From assembly GCF_000143415.4 (NCBI RefSeq), contig NW_003314274.1:686806-750805 (forward strand): DNA of 64,000 nt, in the 5' to 3' direction. Numbering within the stretch: position 1 is the first letter of the stretch; the number at the start of each line of letters is the position of its first letter. The notes under the pieces are model-generated. The model made no database searches and was not told the origin of the DNA. It saw only the letters and a program-made list of their open reading frames with translations. This DNA comes from Selaginella moellendorffii (Eukaryota > Plantae > Lycopodiophyta). The position numbers were made by a program, and so were the translations under genes. Positions 1 to 13,727 of the stretch are shown here, piece by piece.

Positions 1-3000
1 TGGCTTATCTCACTGTCAGCGAGCTCAAAGTTTCTGTGAAAAAGCCTCCGGGCACAACTGGCTGGAACATCCTATCTTGGAGCTCCAAACTCCAGTTGAT
101 CATTTCTGACGTTGAGGTGGTACTCAGAAAACACAAAAGTTCCCGACCGCGAGGAAAGAAAAGACACAGGCACAATTCTACTGGTCGCGGAATATGGATG
201 GTGGTGACCAACGTTGCCAAGTACCTCAGCGTCTCAGTGAATGAGATAGCGGTCAAAACTGTGGAGGTAGTCGTTGAGTTTTTTCTTCTATCAAACTGGG
301 TTTCGCTGTTTTGCAGACCGCGACGATAACGCTGGATGTTAAAGAGCTGGAAGTGGATACTTTCCGGGACGATGCTGCTGTTTTTTCTCTCGGAGTGAAA
401 TTTTATCTTGCACCAATCGTTTTATATCTCGGTGAAGATAAGCGATTGACAGATGCTCCTGGGATTTTTCGACCACTGAGAAAGATTGAAGCCAACGGAG
501 ACTTTTATTTCTCGCTGGAGCATCTCTCGGTGTCAGGAATTATAGATCACGACAGGTAATCTTGATAATTGAGTTTGTAAAATCTAAAAAAGAGTAACTT
601 TGCATCGATGGCAGAGAAGCAGGGATGGTGATCAAACAGTTGGAGGCAGGATGCGGTGAGGCTATACTTAACATAAGTGCCGAGTCGATGCCTCGAGGCC
701 CTCTGGAAACTGTGTCGGATACAGATCCTCAGGAGATTCCTCATATAGAAAATCACGAGTCTCGAGAAATACACCCCGAGTACGAAGCAAGAATTTTGGC
801 AAGAAAGGTCCCGGAGGCGGTGAGCTCATTCATACCCTTCTGTGTTCCATACTAACGTTGACGCTTATCCTAGATCAACTTCAGTTTGCCCAAGTTCACT
901 ATCGAAGCGAAAACTTCCTCCGAATTAGCTTCATTTAAGAACGAGATTAAGGGTATTTTTCTGCATGGAAGCAGATCCAGCCCACTCGATAACGTGGGCG
1001 TTATTTCGTTGCTTGACATTGAAGTAGACTTGGGCGAGATTCATGTAAGCATTTCATTTGATGGTTTATTGTACTTCATATCTCGTCTTACACAGGTTTT
1101 TCAAGATGAAGAAAGTTCCGTGCTCGATATCATGAAGGTCTCTGTCAATGTTTCTGTGGAATTCCCTACGCAGGTAACAAGTTGATTGTTATCTTACTTT
1201 CGACCTTCCTTGAGTTCTACTTTTCCAGTTGGTTCGGCCATTGCGAGTGGAAGTAGATGTGAAGCTGGGAGGGACGCAGGTCAACTTACATATGAGCAGA
1301 TACGACGAGTTTATGCAGCTTAAGTCGTTTCGTCCTGTAAAGAAGAAGAGAAGGAGCTCCTCGACTGCGCCGACTCGGAAAATGAGCATATCATGGAGCT
1401 GTAGCATTTCAGCTCCTGAGATGGCGATTTTCTTTTATAGCCTCGAGCGATGGGCCTTTATGCACGTAAGTACGTTTTCTTTCAAAGATGGAATTGCAAC
1501 TGCTTAACTTTCTGTAACAGGTTTTTTCTCAAACTTCTCATCTGTACATCAACATCATACCAAGTCACGGTGTTGTTGTTCACGCTGAGCTGGGCGAGCT
1601 TTACCTCAACAGGATTGAAAAAGGGATGAGAGTTCCGACGGAGTTTCTGGTTGGTGTCGAAGGCGGTTCTGGCTGCGTTCTGCATTTATCCCGCATAGCC
1701 GTTGACAGTGGTGTAGAAGGAGCAGGGGAAACTCCGGCAGTGACGGTTGAAGCAGGTGCGACCGAGGTGTATATTGGTATGCTCAACATCAAAGCTGCTT
1801 TATTCGCTCTCGCTTCGATTAAATCTTGCCTAAAGGACAGGAGGACTGGAACTACCAAAGAAAAGGAACGTCATAAACGGGGTACTACAATTAAACTCCA
1901 GCTTGAGCAGCTAGTTTTTCATCTTGAAGAGCAGATGCACGTTGAGGACTCGACTGTTTCTGATCCGAAGAAAGTCAACTTTGGTAGCCAGGGGGGGATA
2001 GTGATCATCACAAAGCAGGAGGATAATCTGCGGACTGCCCGGGTCAAGCCCGTAGCCTTCAATCAAACAAGTTCGTCGGGAGTGAAGCAGAAGCTGACCG
2101 TCACCTTCTCTCTCATCGTCGTTTCTCTCGATCGCGAGAAGAAAACTACACTTCTGGAGCTTGAAAGTGGTCGAATGCTTTACGAGGAAGTAGGCGCAGA
2201 TGAGAAAAACGTCGCCGAAAAGACGCTGCTGGCAATGCACGCTGTCAAGCTTATTCACAGGCCTGCGAAGCTAGCGAACGACGTCGTCATGCACTTCCTT
2301 CTGAGTGCACGGAATGTTTCACTCCACTGGGATCCAGACGTGCACTTGTTTTTCTACCAGCTGAGCCTCGGGGTGAAAGAGTTATTGCGCAATCGTGGCG
2401 CTGCCAAGAATCCCAAGAAGGCTGCTACTTCGAAGTCCAAAGCTTATTATGCCGTCGACATCGAAGACATGAACATCAATGCTGAACTGGCTGATGGAGT
2501 TGAAGGTTCGGTTCATATACAATCTCTTTTCTCTGAGGATGCGGTTGTGGGGATGCTCTTTGAGACCGTGGAAGTAGCTTTCAACAAAGCTGCTGTAGCC
2601 AGGATTGATCGACTCCAGGTTTCGCGAGTACCATCACTACTTCAAGAGCAGGATATGTCGAGGGGAAGACAGCTTTGGGATATCGTTATACACGGGGCTG
2701 GCGTACTTATTATTATGCCATACAGGTTACCTCTTCGTGCTATCGATGACGCTGTTGAGGACACTTGGAGAGGCTTGAAACTTGCAATGGTTGCAAAGAG
2801 AATCTCGATGCGTCGGACGAGTATGCCAGAATTTTCGAAACCAAAGGACAGGCCTTCGTTCCAACTGCATTCTATGAAGCTTCACGTCCGCGGTATAAAA
2901 GCAGAGATAGAAGAAGAACCTCTCCAAGGTTGGTTAGACGAGCATCATCTTCTTCTTCAACAGCAGTGCCGTGTACTTCTCGTTCGGGAAAAGCTTCTGG

Positions 3001-6000
3001 AAGAGTCGTATGCAAAAGTACAACTTACGAAGCAGGAAAAGCGGAAAATGTGGGAGCAGCTGCAGGAACAATCATTTCAGGAATATAGGCGGGCTTGTTC
3101 CAAGCTCATTCCTAGTCGAGGGTCAGGGGCTTGTGGCACAGGATTTCAAGCGAAGTTCAGAACAAGTGTCAGGAGAGCTTCCTTGATGTCTATTTCGGCA
3201 GAAACTCTGGATTTCACGCTGACGAGAATCAAAGGAGGCAGATCTGGAATGATTGAAGCCATACGGAGACTTGACTGCGTGCAGCCGGACGTGCAAGTTC
3301 CATTTTCAAGACTCTATGGCGGGCACGTTATATTCGGAATGACATCACTTGCGATCTGTCTTCGAGATTATACGCCTATGCTTTCGGCATCTTCTGGAAG
3401 GTGCGAAGGGATCGCCATCTTTGCTCAGCAGGTACCAGACTGTAGTTTAGTTGTGATGTTTTCCAACCTTCTCTTCCTTGCAGGCAACATGTTTCCAGAA
3501 GCAGATGGTGCAACACCTATATGTCGGCCGATGGAGAGCTGTGGAGATGCTGCGTTCCATGAGTGGCACGACGCCATCGTATAAGTTCTACAGCGAGCTG
3601 CCTATTGAGATTACTACAGCGAAAGTGTGTTACGGTGTCGGTTTTGAACCTGCCTTCGCCGACGTGAGCTATGCCTTCACTGTTGCTCTACGGAGGTACA
3701 ACCTCAGCGTGAGAGAGGAACTGGTACACAGACCCCCTCTCGTCAAAAAGGAGAAAAACTTGCCTTGGTGGGACGACATGAGATATTACGTCCATGGGTT
3801 CAACAGCATCACCGTTTCCAATTTCGAGTGGAATTTTTTAGCGACAACGGATCCTTACGAGACTCAGAACCGGATGCATATGATCTCGAGTACGATGGTT
3901 ATCAGCCAGGCTGAAGGATCGCTTTCATTCCAGGGGGACAACTTTGATATGTACATATCCAGCTGGGAGGCACTGGAGAAACAGCACCAGTTCATCCACG
4001 CTCCGGTCTTTCAACTCGTCATTACTATGGACTGGACTTGTGCATCGGGTGCTCCTTTATTTCATTATCTTCATGCGTTTCCCATCGAGCAGCGTTCGCG
4101 AGAACTAGTTTATGATCCGTTCCGCTCACTCTCCTTGTCGCTGATATGGAGTTTCTCTCTTCAAACTTATGCTCCAAAAGGAGAGAGTGGGATTAGCATG
4201 AGGAGAAACAGGACAGGCCAGAAGTTTTCTTCGCCTTCACAGCTACCAGGTTCTTGTCGAGTCGACGTTCCTTATATGAACCTCAGCGCACAGGATCTTA
4301 TGTGGGTGTTCAAGTGGTGGAATCTTTACTACTCACCTCCACATAAGCTGCGCTCATTCTCAAGGTGGCCAAGGTTTGGGGTGGAAAGGCTACCGCGTTC
4401 AGGCAACTTGTCGCTCGATAAAGTTCTGACCGAGTTCATACTTAGAGTGGATTCGACTCCAGCTTTTATTCGTCACACGTCTGTAACAGACGATGATCCA
4501 GCCGAGGGGCTTACGTTCAGCATGCAGAAGCTACGTTACGAACTTTGCTACAGTCGGGGGCTTCAGAGGTATACCTTTGAAACCAAGCGTGATATCCTCG
4601 ATCTAGTCTATCAGGGACTGGACGTCCATTTGCTGAAGACCAAGCTCAAGGCCCTTTCCGACTCTGAGAATGGTATTCACAGCAGTGCTCACTCTGATAA
4701 GCTGAAGGAAGATGGTTTTCTTCTTTCTACGGATTGCTTTACATTAAGGAGGCAGTCTCCGAAAGCGGACACCGCACGGCTTTCTCCTTGGAGAGAAAAC
4801 GTTCAAGTTCGTGGGTCTGGTCACTACAGGCTTTCCGATAGTGAAAATGATCCTCCCGATGCAACGTCCTCAGATCCAAGTGACGACGATGGCCTCAATG
4901 CAGTGCTGGCGGACAACTGTCTCAGAGTTTCTTTGTACAGCCTCAAGCTGTTTTGGACCGTGTGCAATCGGGATGCTGTATGGGCTTGGGTAGGAGATAT
5001 CTCCAAAGCTTTTGAAGCACCGAAGCCGTCACCGTCCAGGCAATATGCTCAACGCAAGCTGGTGGAGGAGAAGCAAAAGGCTACTGTTCTTGCTGAGCAG
5101 GGTGCAAAAGCTATAAGCTCTGCCCCATCTCAAGGTACGATGCTCCTAGAGAAAGCATGGAAATCAACTTTTGTTTTTCAGAGATGCTACGTTCAAGGCT
5201 AAAGGAAAATGTTGAGGAAGAAGAAACGCTGCAGTTTATGGTCAACGTCATTCAGCCTCAGTTTAATCTTCACTCAGAAGACGCACATGTGAGTTTCATT
5301 CTTATAGATGGATCAGAAATTTATCTTTGCTTTTACTGTGCTTGCAGGGTCGATTTCTTCTTGCAGCCGCAAGTGGTCGAGTATTAGCACGCTCTTTTCA
5401 TTCAACATTCTACGTAGGTCTTGAGGAGCTCCTTCAGCAGGCTCTTGGACCTGCTTCATTTTCAACTCTTGGAAGCATTCCTGAACTGTCTTGGAAACGT
5501 CGGGAGCTGTCAGTACTGCTAGAACATGTGCAGGCTCATGTCGCACCAACGGATGTCGACCCTGGTGCAGGCATTCAATGGTTACCGCGAATTCCCAGAG
5601 GAGCAGTAAAGGTCAAGCGGACAGGTGCTTTACTTGAGCGCGTTTTTCTTCCGTGCTCTATGTATTTTCAATATATTCGCCACAAAGGAGGATCGACGGA
5701 TTGCAAAGTATGTTCTCTTTATATAATCGTTGTCAAACTTCTGACGTTTGCTTCAGGCAAAGGCTCTAAAGGACCTTTCTTTCAATTCTCCCAACATTAC
5801 AGCTACGATGACCTCTCGTCAGTTCCATATCATGGTGGATGTTTTAAGCAGCCTTCTCTTTGCGACGCTTCCAAAGTGGGTACTGGAATCAGCAAAAGCT
5901 TGATGCCTTACATGTTTTATTCAGGCCGCGTAAACGTGAAGAGGAAGAGGACGTGGTAGAAGAGGCAGACGAAGTAGTACCGGAAGGTGTAGAGGAAGTA

Positions 6001-8242
6001 GAGCTTGCTAGAATCAAACTCGAACAAGCAGACAGAGACATGAAGCTCATATCGGATGATTTAAAAATCATTAGGCTGCGATGGCGCACTGCAGCAGACG
6101 GAGGAGCAAGTCCGGACCAACTTTCGTTAAAAGAATCTCCAGAGAACTCGTTGAACAGAGCCTTGACTACGTCCGGCCTTGTAAGTGCTTTCATTTCTCC
6201 TCTCGTACTAAGAAATTTTACTAGGTACGGAAGCTGGAGTCTGAATTAGTTTTTAAAAAGAAGGAAAGGAAAGTAGCTTACACTTCAGTAAGATCTGCAA
6301 TGCACAGGGCAGCGCAACAGGAGAGGGAAAAGAACAAAATCCCCTCTGCTGCAATGCGAATATCTTGGGCTATTGACAAGGTTGTTTGGAGCATGTTATC
6401 CGATGGTGATACGTTTGCTGAAGCCGAGATAAGCAGCATGGTCAGTATTTTATGTCGAGCTATTTTTTCTATCATAATGTCCTTTTCTTTCTTCTTTTTC
6501 ATTCACAGATATTGAATGTTGACAGAGATTTCAACAACGTCGGTGTTGCACGTTTCACTACCAAGTCGTTTGTTGTCAAGAATTGTGTCCGTCTTGCGAA
6601 ATCAAATGTGCTGTCCGCGTGGAATCCACCAGCTGAATGGGGAAGGTAATACCGAGTTTTTTTTTTTTTTTTAAAGTTTGAAAACTTTTCTCAGGAATGT
6701 TATGCTTCGCGTAGACGCCAAACAAGGACCTCCAAGAGAGGGACTTTCACTACTCGAAATGTTTCAGGTCCTTACGAGCGTATTTATTTCTAACTTTGAG
6801 CTGTCTTTTATAACAGGTAGAAATCTACCCGCTTAGGATCCATCTGACTGAAGTAATGTATACGATGATGTGGGAGTACTTCTTCCCTGGCGACGAACAA
6901 GATCCGCAAAAGCGACAGGTACGTGACATATTTCACCCAAGACTTCCTTCATGTATTAGTATTTAGGAGGTATGGAACTCCGGAACAAAGCGCAGCAAGA
7001 AAGGAGTTGCTGTCTTTGAGTCTACGAAGGAACCGTCCGTATCGAAAACCAGTGCTCCTGGAACTCCTCCTACGCTTCACGGTGGTCAAGCACTACAACG
7101 ATCGACTGCTCAGGCAAGAAGACTAAGTTCAGCGAATGGCCTCCATTCACAATGCTCTTTCTGCTCACCTCTCAATCAGTCAAAGAATTTATTGGAACAC
7201 CAACGCTCGGCGTCACTTGACAAGTTCTGGGGTGAGAAGGATACGGAGGGGTTTACAAGCGAGCTTGTCCTTTTCTCAAACTCAAACGCAGCTGCCTCGG
7301 ATGACGCTCTAGCGGCAACCAGTGCCGTTGTCGAGGTTGATATAACCAAGTCCAAGGACGCACGTAAAGCTCGAACTGGCAAAGCCCCTCAAGAAGACAA
7401 AAAGGAGGCCAAGAGCCGAAAGATTTTCCTGGAGATACATAACATCAAAATCAGCCAGGTAATAATGTGTGCGCGCAGTGAAACTGACCGCTTAACTGGG
7501 TGACTTTGCAGGTGGAGCTCCTCGTCACATACGAAGGATCGAAGATCTCCGTCAGTGAGCTGAGGCTATTGATGGACATGTTCACGAGGACCGAATTCAC
7601 TGGCTCTTGGCGTCGGCTGTTTTCTAGCGTGAAGAAACATATCATCTGGGGTGTCTTGAAGTCTGTCACCGGAATGCAGGTAATTCTGTGAACGTCTTTG
7701 TTGAGGTTTCTCACTTGATTGATCCAGGGAAAGAAATTCAAGGATAAGATGCAAGCCCAAGCCCGCGAGCCGTTCCAAGACAGCGATTCAAACTCGAGTG
7801 ACAGCGGCATCACGTCAAAGATCAGCACCAAGGAACGCTTTCCCATTCCCATTCCCCATTTTTCAAGCGCCGGGGAGGGGTTCGTGTCCTCCATACGGGG
7901 GCTATTCAACTCCCAGAGGAAGAACATGGTGCGCAAGATACGAGGAGAGGAGAATCAACACGAGTGGAGCGACGGCGAGCTGGCCTCTCGAGCAACACAC
8001 AAGGGGAAGACGAAGCTCCTGCGCAGGCACTCGAAGAAGCGCGCTAGCATATCCAAAGGTAAAGTTCACCATTTTGCAAGAGCAAACTCGTCAGCTTTTT
8101 TTGTTGGTGGTGTTTGCCAGGTTCTATCATTCTGGGAGAAAGGTACTGCCCGTCTCCTCGAGCATCGTCGTCACCGTATCACAGCGATGGCGAGGCCTCC
8201 AGCGGTGGTTCCTCCACGTACGAGGATTTTGATACGTCTTAG
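1..8242 (+). CDS. SAB: SABRE/KINKY POLLEN (FMP27/Hobbit/BLTP2 bridge-like lipid transfer) protein; multi-exon, 5' end lies outside the window
   Basis: ORF pieces join across ~50-bp GT-AG introns and give SABRE/KIP motifs: KLQLIISDVEVVLR, KKVNFGSQGG, EEEPLQGWLDEH, LPWWDDMRYY, PRSGNLSLDKV, FMVNVIQPQFNLHSE, KKHIIWGVLKSVTGMQ. The last exon ends ...SSGGSSTYEDFDTS*, with TAG at 8240-8242. Confidence 0.93.
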
Positions 8243-8324
8243 CGGCCTTCAAACAAGATAGGATCCCGAGAGCTAGCAACTGTAAACATATTCGTAAATA
8301 CATTGGAAATAATTAATCCAGGGA

Positions 8325-8665
8325 TAGGGTTTATGATTAGGGTTTAGGGTTAGGGTTTAGCAAATGTACTTGTTCGAAGAAAGAAAAGAAGATTTCGATT
8401 TTACCACAAGTCTCGAGTTCGCCGGAGATCTCTTTCGGAAAACGTGGAGGACGAGGGAGTTCTGGCGAGATTGCTTAAACCCTAAACCCTAACAACAAGA
8501 TGGTGGTGGTGATCAAGATGTCCAAATGTACTTGGTCGCAGAGAGAAAAGAAGGTTTCGATTTTACCACGAAACGATGATGCCTTTCGGAAAACGTCGGA
8601 CCGATAAACCCTAAACCCTGAAGAAAACATAGTAGGGTTTAAGGCTAAGCCCTAAACCCTAAACC
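8325..8665. repeat. Telomere-type TTTAGGG/AAACCCTA (telobox) clusters flanking a two-copy ~110-bp direct repeat
   Basis: Telomere-type runs: tagggtttagggttagggtttag (~8337-8360) and aaaccctaaaccct (~8477, ~8605, ~8650). Two similar units, caaatgtacttg..gaaaagaag.tttcgattttaccac..ctttcggaaaacgt, start at 8361 and 8523. Confidence 0.8.
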
Positions 8666-8790
8666 GGTTGGCTTCTTAGTACAAAAACTCAATTTAGAAA
8701 AAGTTGATAAGGCTACAAAACCAGGAAAATAAGACTTGGTTCGCGAACGTGGTTTGCGTTTTTCTTTTTGTGATTCTTGTTTGCTCATCT

Positions 8791-9757
<967 letters not shown>

Positions 9758-10627
9758 TGCTCCTAGCTCGCTCGCTCCTGCCCTAGCCGCTGGAAAGACA
9801 AAACGCCCTAAATTGGACGGCTAAGACCGCAAACTAATCTCAGCCGTCGATGGACAACGTAAGATTTTAGGGCATTGTGAAGAGCAAAGAAAATCTGGAG
9901 TGATGAAGAGAATTGGAGCGAAATGGCTTGACATATTAGAGATGGAGTGGACTTCCTAGAACCCTCTTTGTATAACTTTCTTTAAAGTGTTGGTCACAAC
10001 ATTAATTCTACTACATTACGGCTAATCTATTATACTTATGCTTATTCTCAAATAAACATAAAATGTTTTATAAAGAAATATTCTATAAATATCTCATTTT
10101 CTATGATCTTTTTCTAATATTCTAGGATATTCTTTAATCTATTTTTCAGTGTTTAAATTTCTAGTAAAAAAAAATCAGCAATTGCAAGTGGATGACATTG
10201 CTCAAGATATCAGATATAATCACATAATCTCCCTAAGATTCAAACTTAGAGTGAAAAAATATACATGTAGGAAGAGGAATGAAAACCAAAAAAAAAAGCC
10301 TAGATAAAGTTGGCAGGAACAACAATCAATCAGCTTATCCCAATCCACGGGTTTCATGCTTCATATATATTGTATTATAGTCCATTTTGCCCAGTTTATA
10401 AAGCATGAGACCCTAATTACATGGATGTTCCAAGCACGGATGCTTGATCTTGCTCTTGCCAATGGGAGAGTAGTTTGGTCCTAGCTGCTGGTATTACAGA
10501 CAACGTAAAATCCTCTAACATAGTGACATAATGAATGAATGAATGGATCTGGGCAAATCTCTGCATATTGGTGAATCACACAAACAAGCTTTCGTCTTGG
10601 TTCTTCATCATCTCCAAGCAAGTTAAT

Positions 10628-12997
10628 TCACCAGCAATCAGAGCACGAACAAGCTCCACCATTAAAATGATGGAATCGGTAGCAATCCCTCACCACAATT
10701 TCTCTCTTGGTGTTCTTGGACGTGAGCTTCATCACGACATGGCAATCCTCGCAGATCCGCAAGTTCTTGATGATGGTGATCTTGCTCCCCTCCTTCGTCC
10801 CGATCAATCCAAACCCCAGCGCCAATTTTTCACTGTGATGCCACAGCAAATTCTCCCGGTGCTCGTCCTCCACATCGTGGAGCACCGATCCCACATCCGG
10901 GACATAATCCTCCTCGCTCTTGAGCACCACTCTCAGCTCATCCAGCCGCTCGTAGATCTCCCCAGTTCGAGGATGCGATCGATCCTTGACAGCAAACTCG
11001 TGAACCCTGTTCTTCACCTCAATCCAGCTGCGCCCGGGCTCCTTCCTCGCCCCATTCTCGCCCATTCTCCTCCGTATCTCCTCCGCCTCGTCCCATCGCC
11101 CCGCCGCAGAGTAAACATTCGAGAGCACCGTATAGCTCGCGCCATGGCTAGGGTCGATTGCTACGATCGCCTCCGCTGCTCGCATTGCCCGATCCTGGTC
11201 CTTGTGGATCCGGCATGCGCCCAGCAGCGCCATCCACGCCGCCGCGTCGGCAGCGATCGCCATCGATCGCAAGAAACCCTCGGCCTCCTCCAGCCATCCC
11301 GCGCGGCCTAGGAGATCCACGACCGCGCCATAGTGCTCCACGCTGGGAATCAAGCCATAGTCGCGGGAGATTGCGTAGAATATTCGCGCGCCGTCCTCCA
11401 CCTGGCGCGCGTGACTGGACGCTGACAGGGCGGCCGTGAAGCTGATTGGGTCTGGAGATATTCCTGCCAGCTGCATTTCATACAGTAGCCGTACCGCCAT
11501 GTCAGCATAGCCGTGCTGCGCGTACCCCGCCATAATGGCATTCCACGTGCTGACGTTGCCCTGCGGCGCCGCGTCAAAGATTCCCCGCGCGGCGTCCAGG
11601 TCGCCGCACTTCGCATACATGTTCACCAGCGCATTCCGGACGAGAATGTCGTGGGGGTCGCAATCGCCTGGACATTCCGCCATCCAGCGGTGGAGATCGC
11701 GCCCCGCGCTTGCCGCCGCCCCGCTAGTGGCGCAGGCGCCAAGAACAGCGACTAGAGTGAATTTGCTGGGGCGGATTCCGAGCTGGAGCATCTGGCGGAA
11801 GTGGAGGAGCGAGCCATCGGCGCGGCCGAATTGGGCGTGCGCGGCGATGATCGCGTTGAGCGTAATCACGCCCGGGTGCTGGATCGCGGCGAAGACCTCG
11901 GCTGCGCGATCCAGGCGGCCGCAGCGCCGGTACATGCTCACAAGCGCGGTGGCGACGATGAGATCCGAATCGTAGCCGTGGGCGCGCGCGTCCCTGTGGA
12001 TGGATTCGCCACGCTCGAGATCGTCCGGGCAATCGCACGCCTCGAGCACATTGACGAAGGTCACGCCGTCTGGCCGTATGGTCATTCTTCCATATAGATC
12101 AAGAGCCTCAAAAACATGCCCGTTTTTGGCAAATGCTGCGATCATGGTGTTCCACGAGCACACGTCTCGCTGATCCACTTTTTCGAAGATCTCATTAGCG
12201 CGACTGATATTCCCGCCACGGCCAAAGAGGTTGATGATAGAATTTGCGACGGTGGTCACGGATATCAGTCCCGAATCGATCGAACACGCATGAATCAAGT
12301 TGCCGCAGGTGGTGATCTTGGCAGCTATTCCAGCGACGGCGCTGGCGATGCAGATGATCGTCACCGCGTTTGGAGCAATGCCCTGGAGCAGCATCTCGCG
12401 AAAGACGCGAAGCGATTGCTCCTTCTCGTCGCCACGGGAGTAGACAGTGATGAGCGCGTTCCACGACACGACCCCGCGCTCCTGGATCCGATCGAACGCG
12501 TCTTTAGCGCGATCTAATCGCCCGCAGCGGCCATACATTCCGATGAGCGCAGTGCCCACCACGAAGCTCCGATCGAATCCACTCTTCTTGGCGAAGTCCT
12601 GGACGATCTCGCCCTCCTGGATCGTTCCCGGCGCCTTGATCAAGCTGAGAAACACCACCGCATCCGGCACGCTCCCATCTTGGAGCATTCGCTGGAAAAA
12701 GAGCAGCGATCGAGGGAAATCCCCGGCCTGGGCGTTTGCGCGAATCACCGCATTCCAGGACACGGCGTTGCGCCGGGGCATTCGATCGAGCAGGAGCTCC
12801 GCGTCGCGCGAGCTCTCGAGCCGGGCATACATGTGGAGGAGGTGATTGGAGAGGAAGAGGTGATCGCCATAGCCACTCTCAATCACCCGGCGGTGGATCT
12901 TCCTTCCCTGGTCCAGCGACGTGGATTCGTCTACTAGTCGCGCGAGATCCCTCCAGGAATCCACCGGCGCGGCCGGGGGAAGAACACTCGAGATCAT
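10628..12997 (-). CDS. PLS-class PPR protein with E and DYW cytidine-deaminase domains (organellar C-to-U editing factor), intronless
   Basis: PLS repeats (LLHMYAR/VSWNAVI/ALVNMYAKCG), PG box PGRSWIEV, HSEKLA, KNLRICEDCH, and C-terminus CSCSDCW. Confidence 0.96.
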   Translation of the reverse strand: MISSVLPPAAPVDSWRDLARLVDESTSLDQGRKIHRRVIESGYGDHLFLSNHLLHMYARLESSRDAELLLDRMPRRNAVSWNAVIRANAQAGDFPRSLLFFQRMLQDGSVPDAVVFLSLIKAPGTIQEGEIVQDFAKKSGFDRSFVVGTALIGMYGRCGRLDRAKDAFDRIQERGVVSWNALITVYSRGDEKEQSLRVFREMLLQGIAPNAVTIICIASAVAGIAAKITTCGNLIHACSIDSGLISVTTVANSIINLFGRGGNISRANEIFEKVDQRDVCSWNTMIAAFAKNGHVFEALDLYGRMTIRPDGVTFVNVLEACDCPDDLERGESIHRDARAHGYDSDLIVATALVSMYRRCGRLDRAAEVFAAIQHPGVITLNAIIAAHAQFGRADGSLLHFRQMLQLGIRPSKFTLVAVLGACATSGAAASAGRDLHRWMAECPGDCDPHDILVRNALVNMYAKCGDLDAARGIFDAAPQGNVSTWNAIMAGYAQHGYADMAVRLLYEMQLAGISPDPISFTAALSASSHARQVEDGARIFYAISRDYGLIPSVEHYGAVVDLLGRAGWLEEAEGFLRSMAIAADAAAWMALLGACRIHKDQDRAMRAAEAIVAIDPSHGASYTVLSNVYSAAGRWDEAEEIRRRMGENGARKEPGRSWIEVKNRVHEFAVKDRSHPRTGEIYERLDELRVVLKSEEDYVPDVGSVLHDVEDEHRENLLWHHSEKLALGFGLIGTKEGSKITIIKNLRICEDCHVVMKLTSKNTKREIVVRDCYRFHHFNGGACSCSDCW

Positions 12998-13052
12998 AGC
13001 GCGCGAGAAAAGAGAAAGGTCAAACAGAGCGAATATTCATTAGACGACTGGG

Positions 13053-13610
13053 TCAAAGGGGCCTTTGAATCTCGTAGCCACGCTTGGAGAGTTCTTGGAG
13101 AACGCTCGCCAAGGTGTTTGGATTCGAGAAAACCTCCTTGACAAGACAATTCTCGATGGCTTCCAGTTCTTCTCTATCTTGATCCGCCACCTTTTGCTTC
13201 TTTGGCGGTGGAAGTCGGTGATACCCTTCGAGAATGTCGTCCACATTCAGCAGTGAAGGATCGTGCTCCTTATCCACCTCTTTTATCGGAATTGGATCAT
13301 CATCCTCCTTGTCAACCTTTGGCAGCCGTAGCTCGTGCTTATCCGGAGTTAGATCATCCTTTTTGTCAACTTTTGGTAACGGAGTTACGTGATCTTTCCC
13401 ATCGAGTTTCTTCCTCTTGAGGCTTGGAATCGCGTTGTAAAGCACTGGAAAGGAGCGCAAAAACACTTAAAAGGAGCCAAATTCCACCCAGAAACCTTGC
13501 TTACGTCTAAACGGATTAAACGATGGCTTCCTCTCATTCTCCGCCTTGGCCGTCTACACGAAAACAACTTGAGAACGAGGCAACGAAAAAAAAGCATAGA
13601 ACGTTACCAT
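13053..13610 (-). CDS. Small spliced orphan protein (~147 aa, acidic/basic, internal PKVDK repeats); exons 13610-13608, 13553-13505, 13444-13053
   Basis: ATG|gtaacg...gtgtag|ACG...AGA C|gtaagc...ttccag|TG joins in frame to M-TAKAENERKPSFNPFRLLYNAIPSLKRKK.... A TATATA element lies ~55 bp upstream. No recognisable domain. Confidence 0.55.
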
Positions 13611-13727
13611 CGCCAACCTACAGAAGAACACAAAACCACAGAACTACAAAACCTAAGCCCCCATATATAGTCTAAAACTTGATTTCATCTTATTAAAAGG
13701 AAGAGAGTTTTTAGAACCTGGGCGGAG

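Noticed and set aside
8465-8495. GATTGCTTAAACCCTAAACCCT resembling a plant telomerase RNA template region
   Set aside because: No USE/TATA Pol III promoter upstream and no G-rich 5'/C-rich 3' closing stem seen. Identical telobox runs recur nearby.
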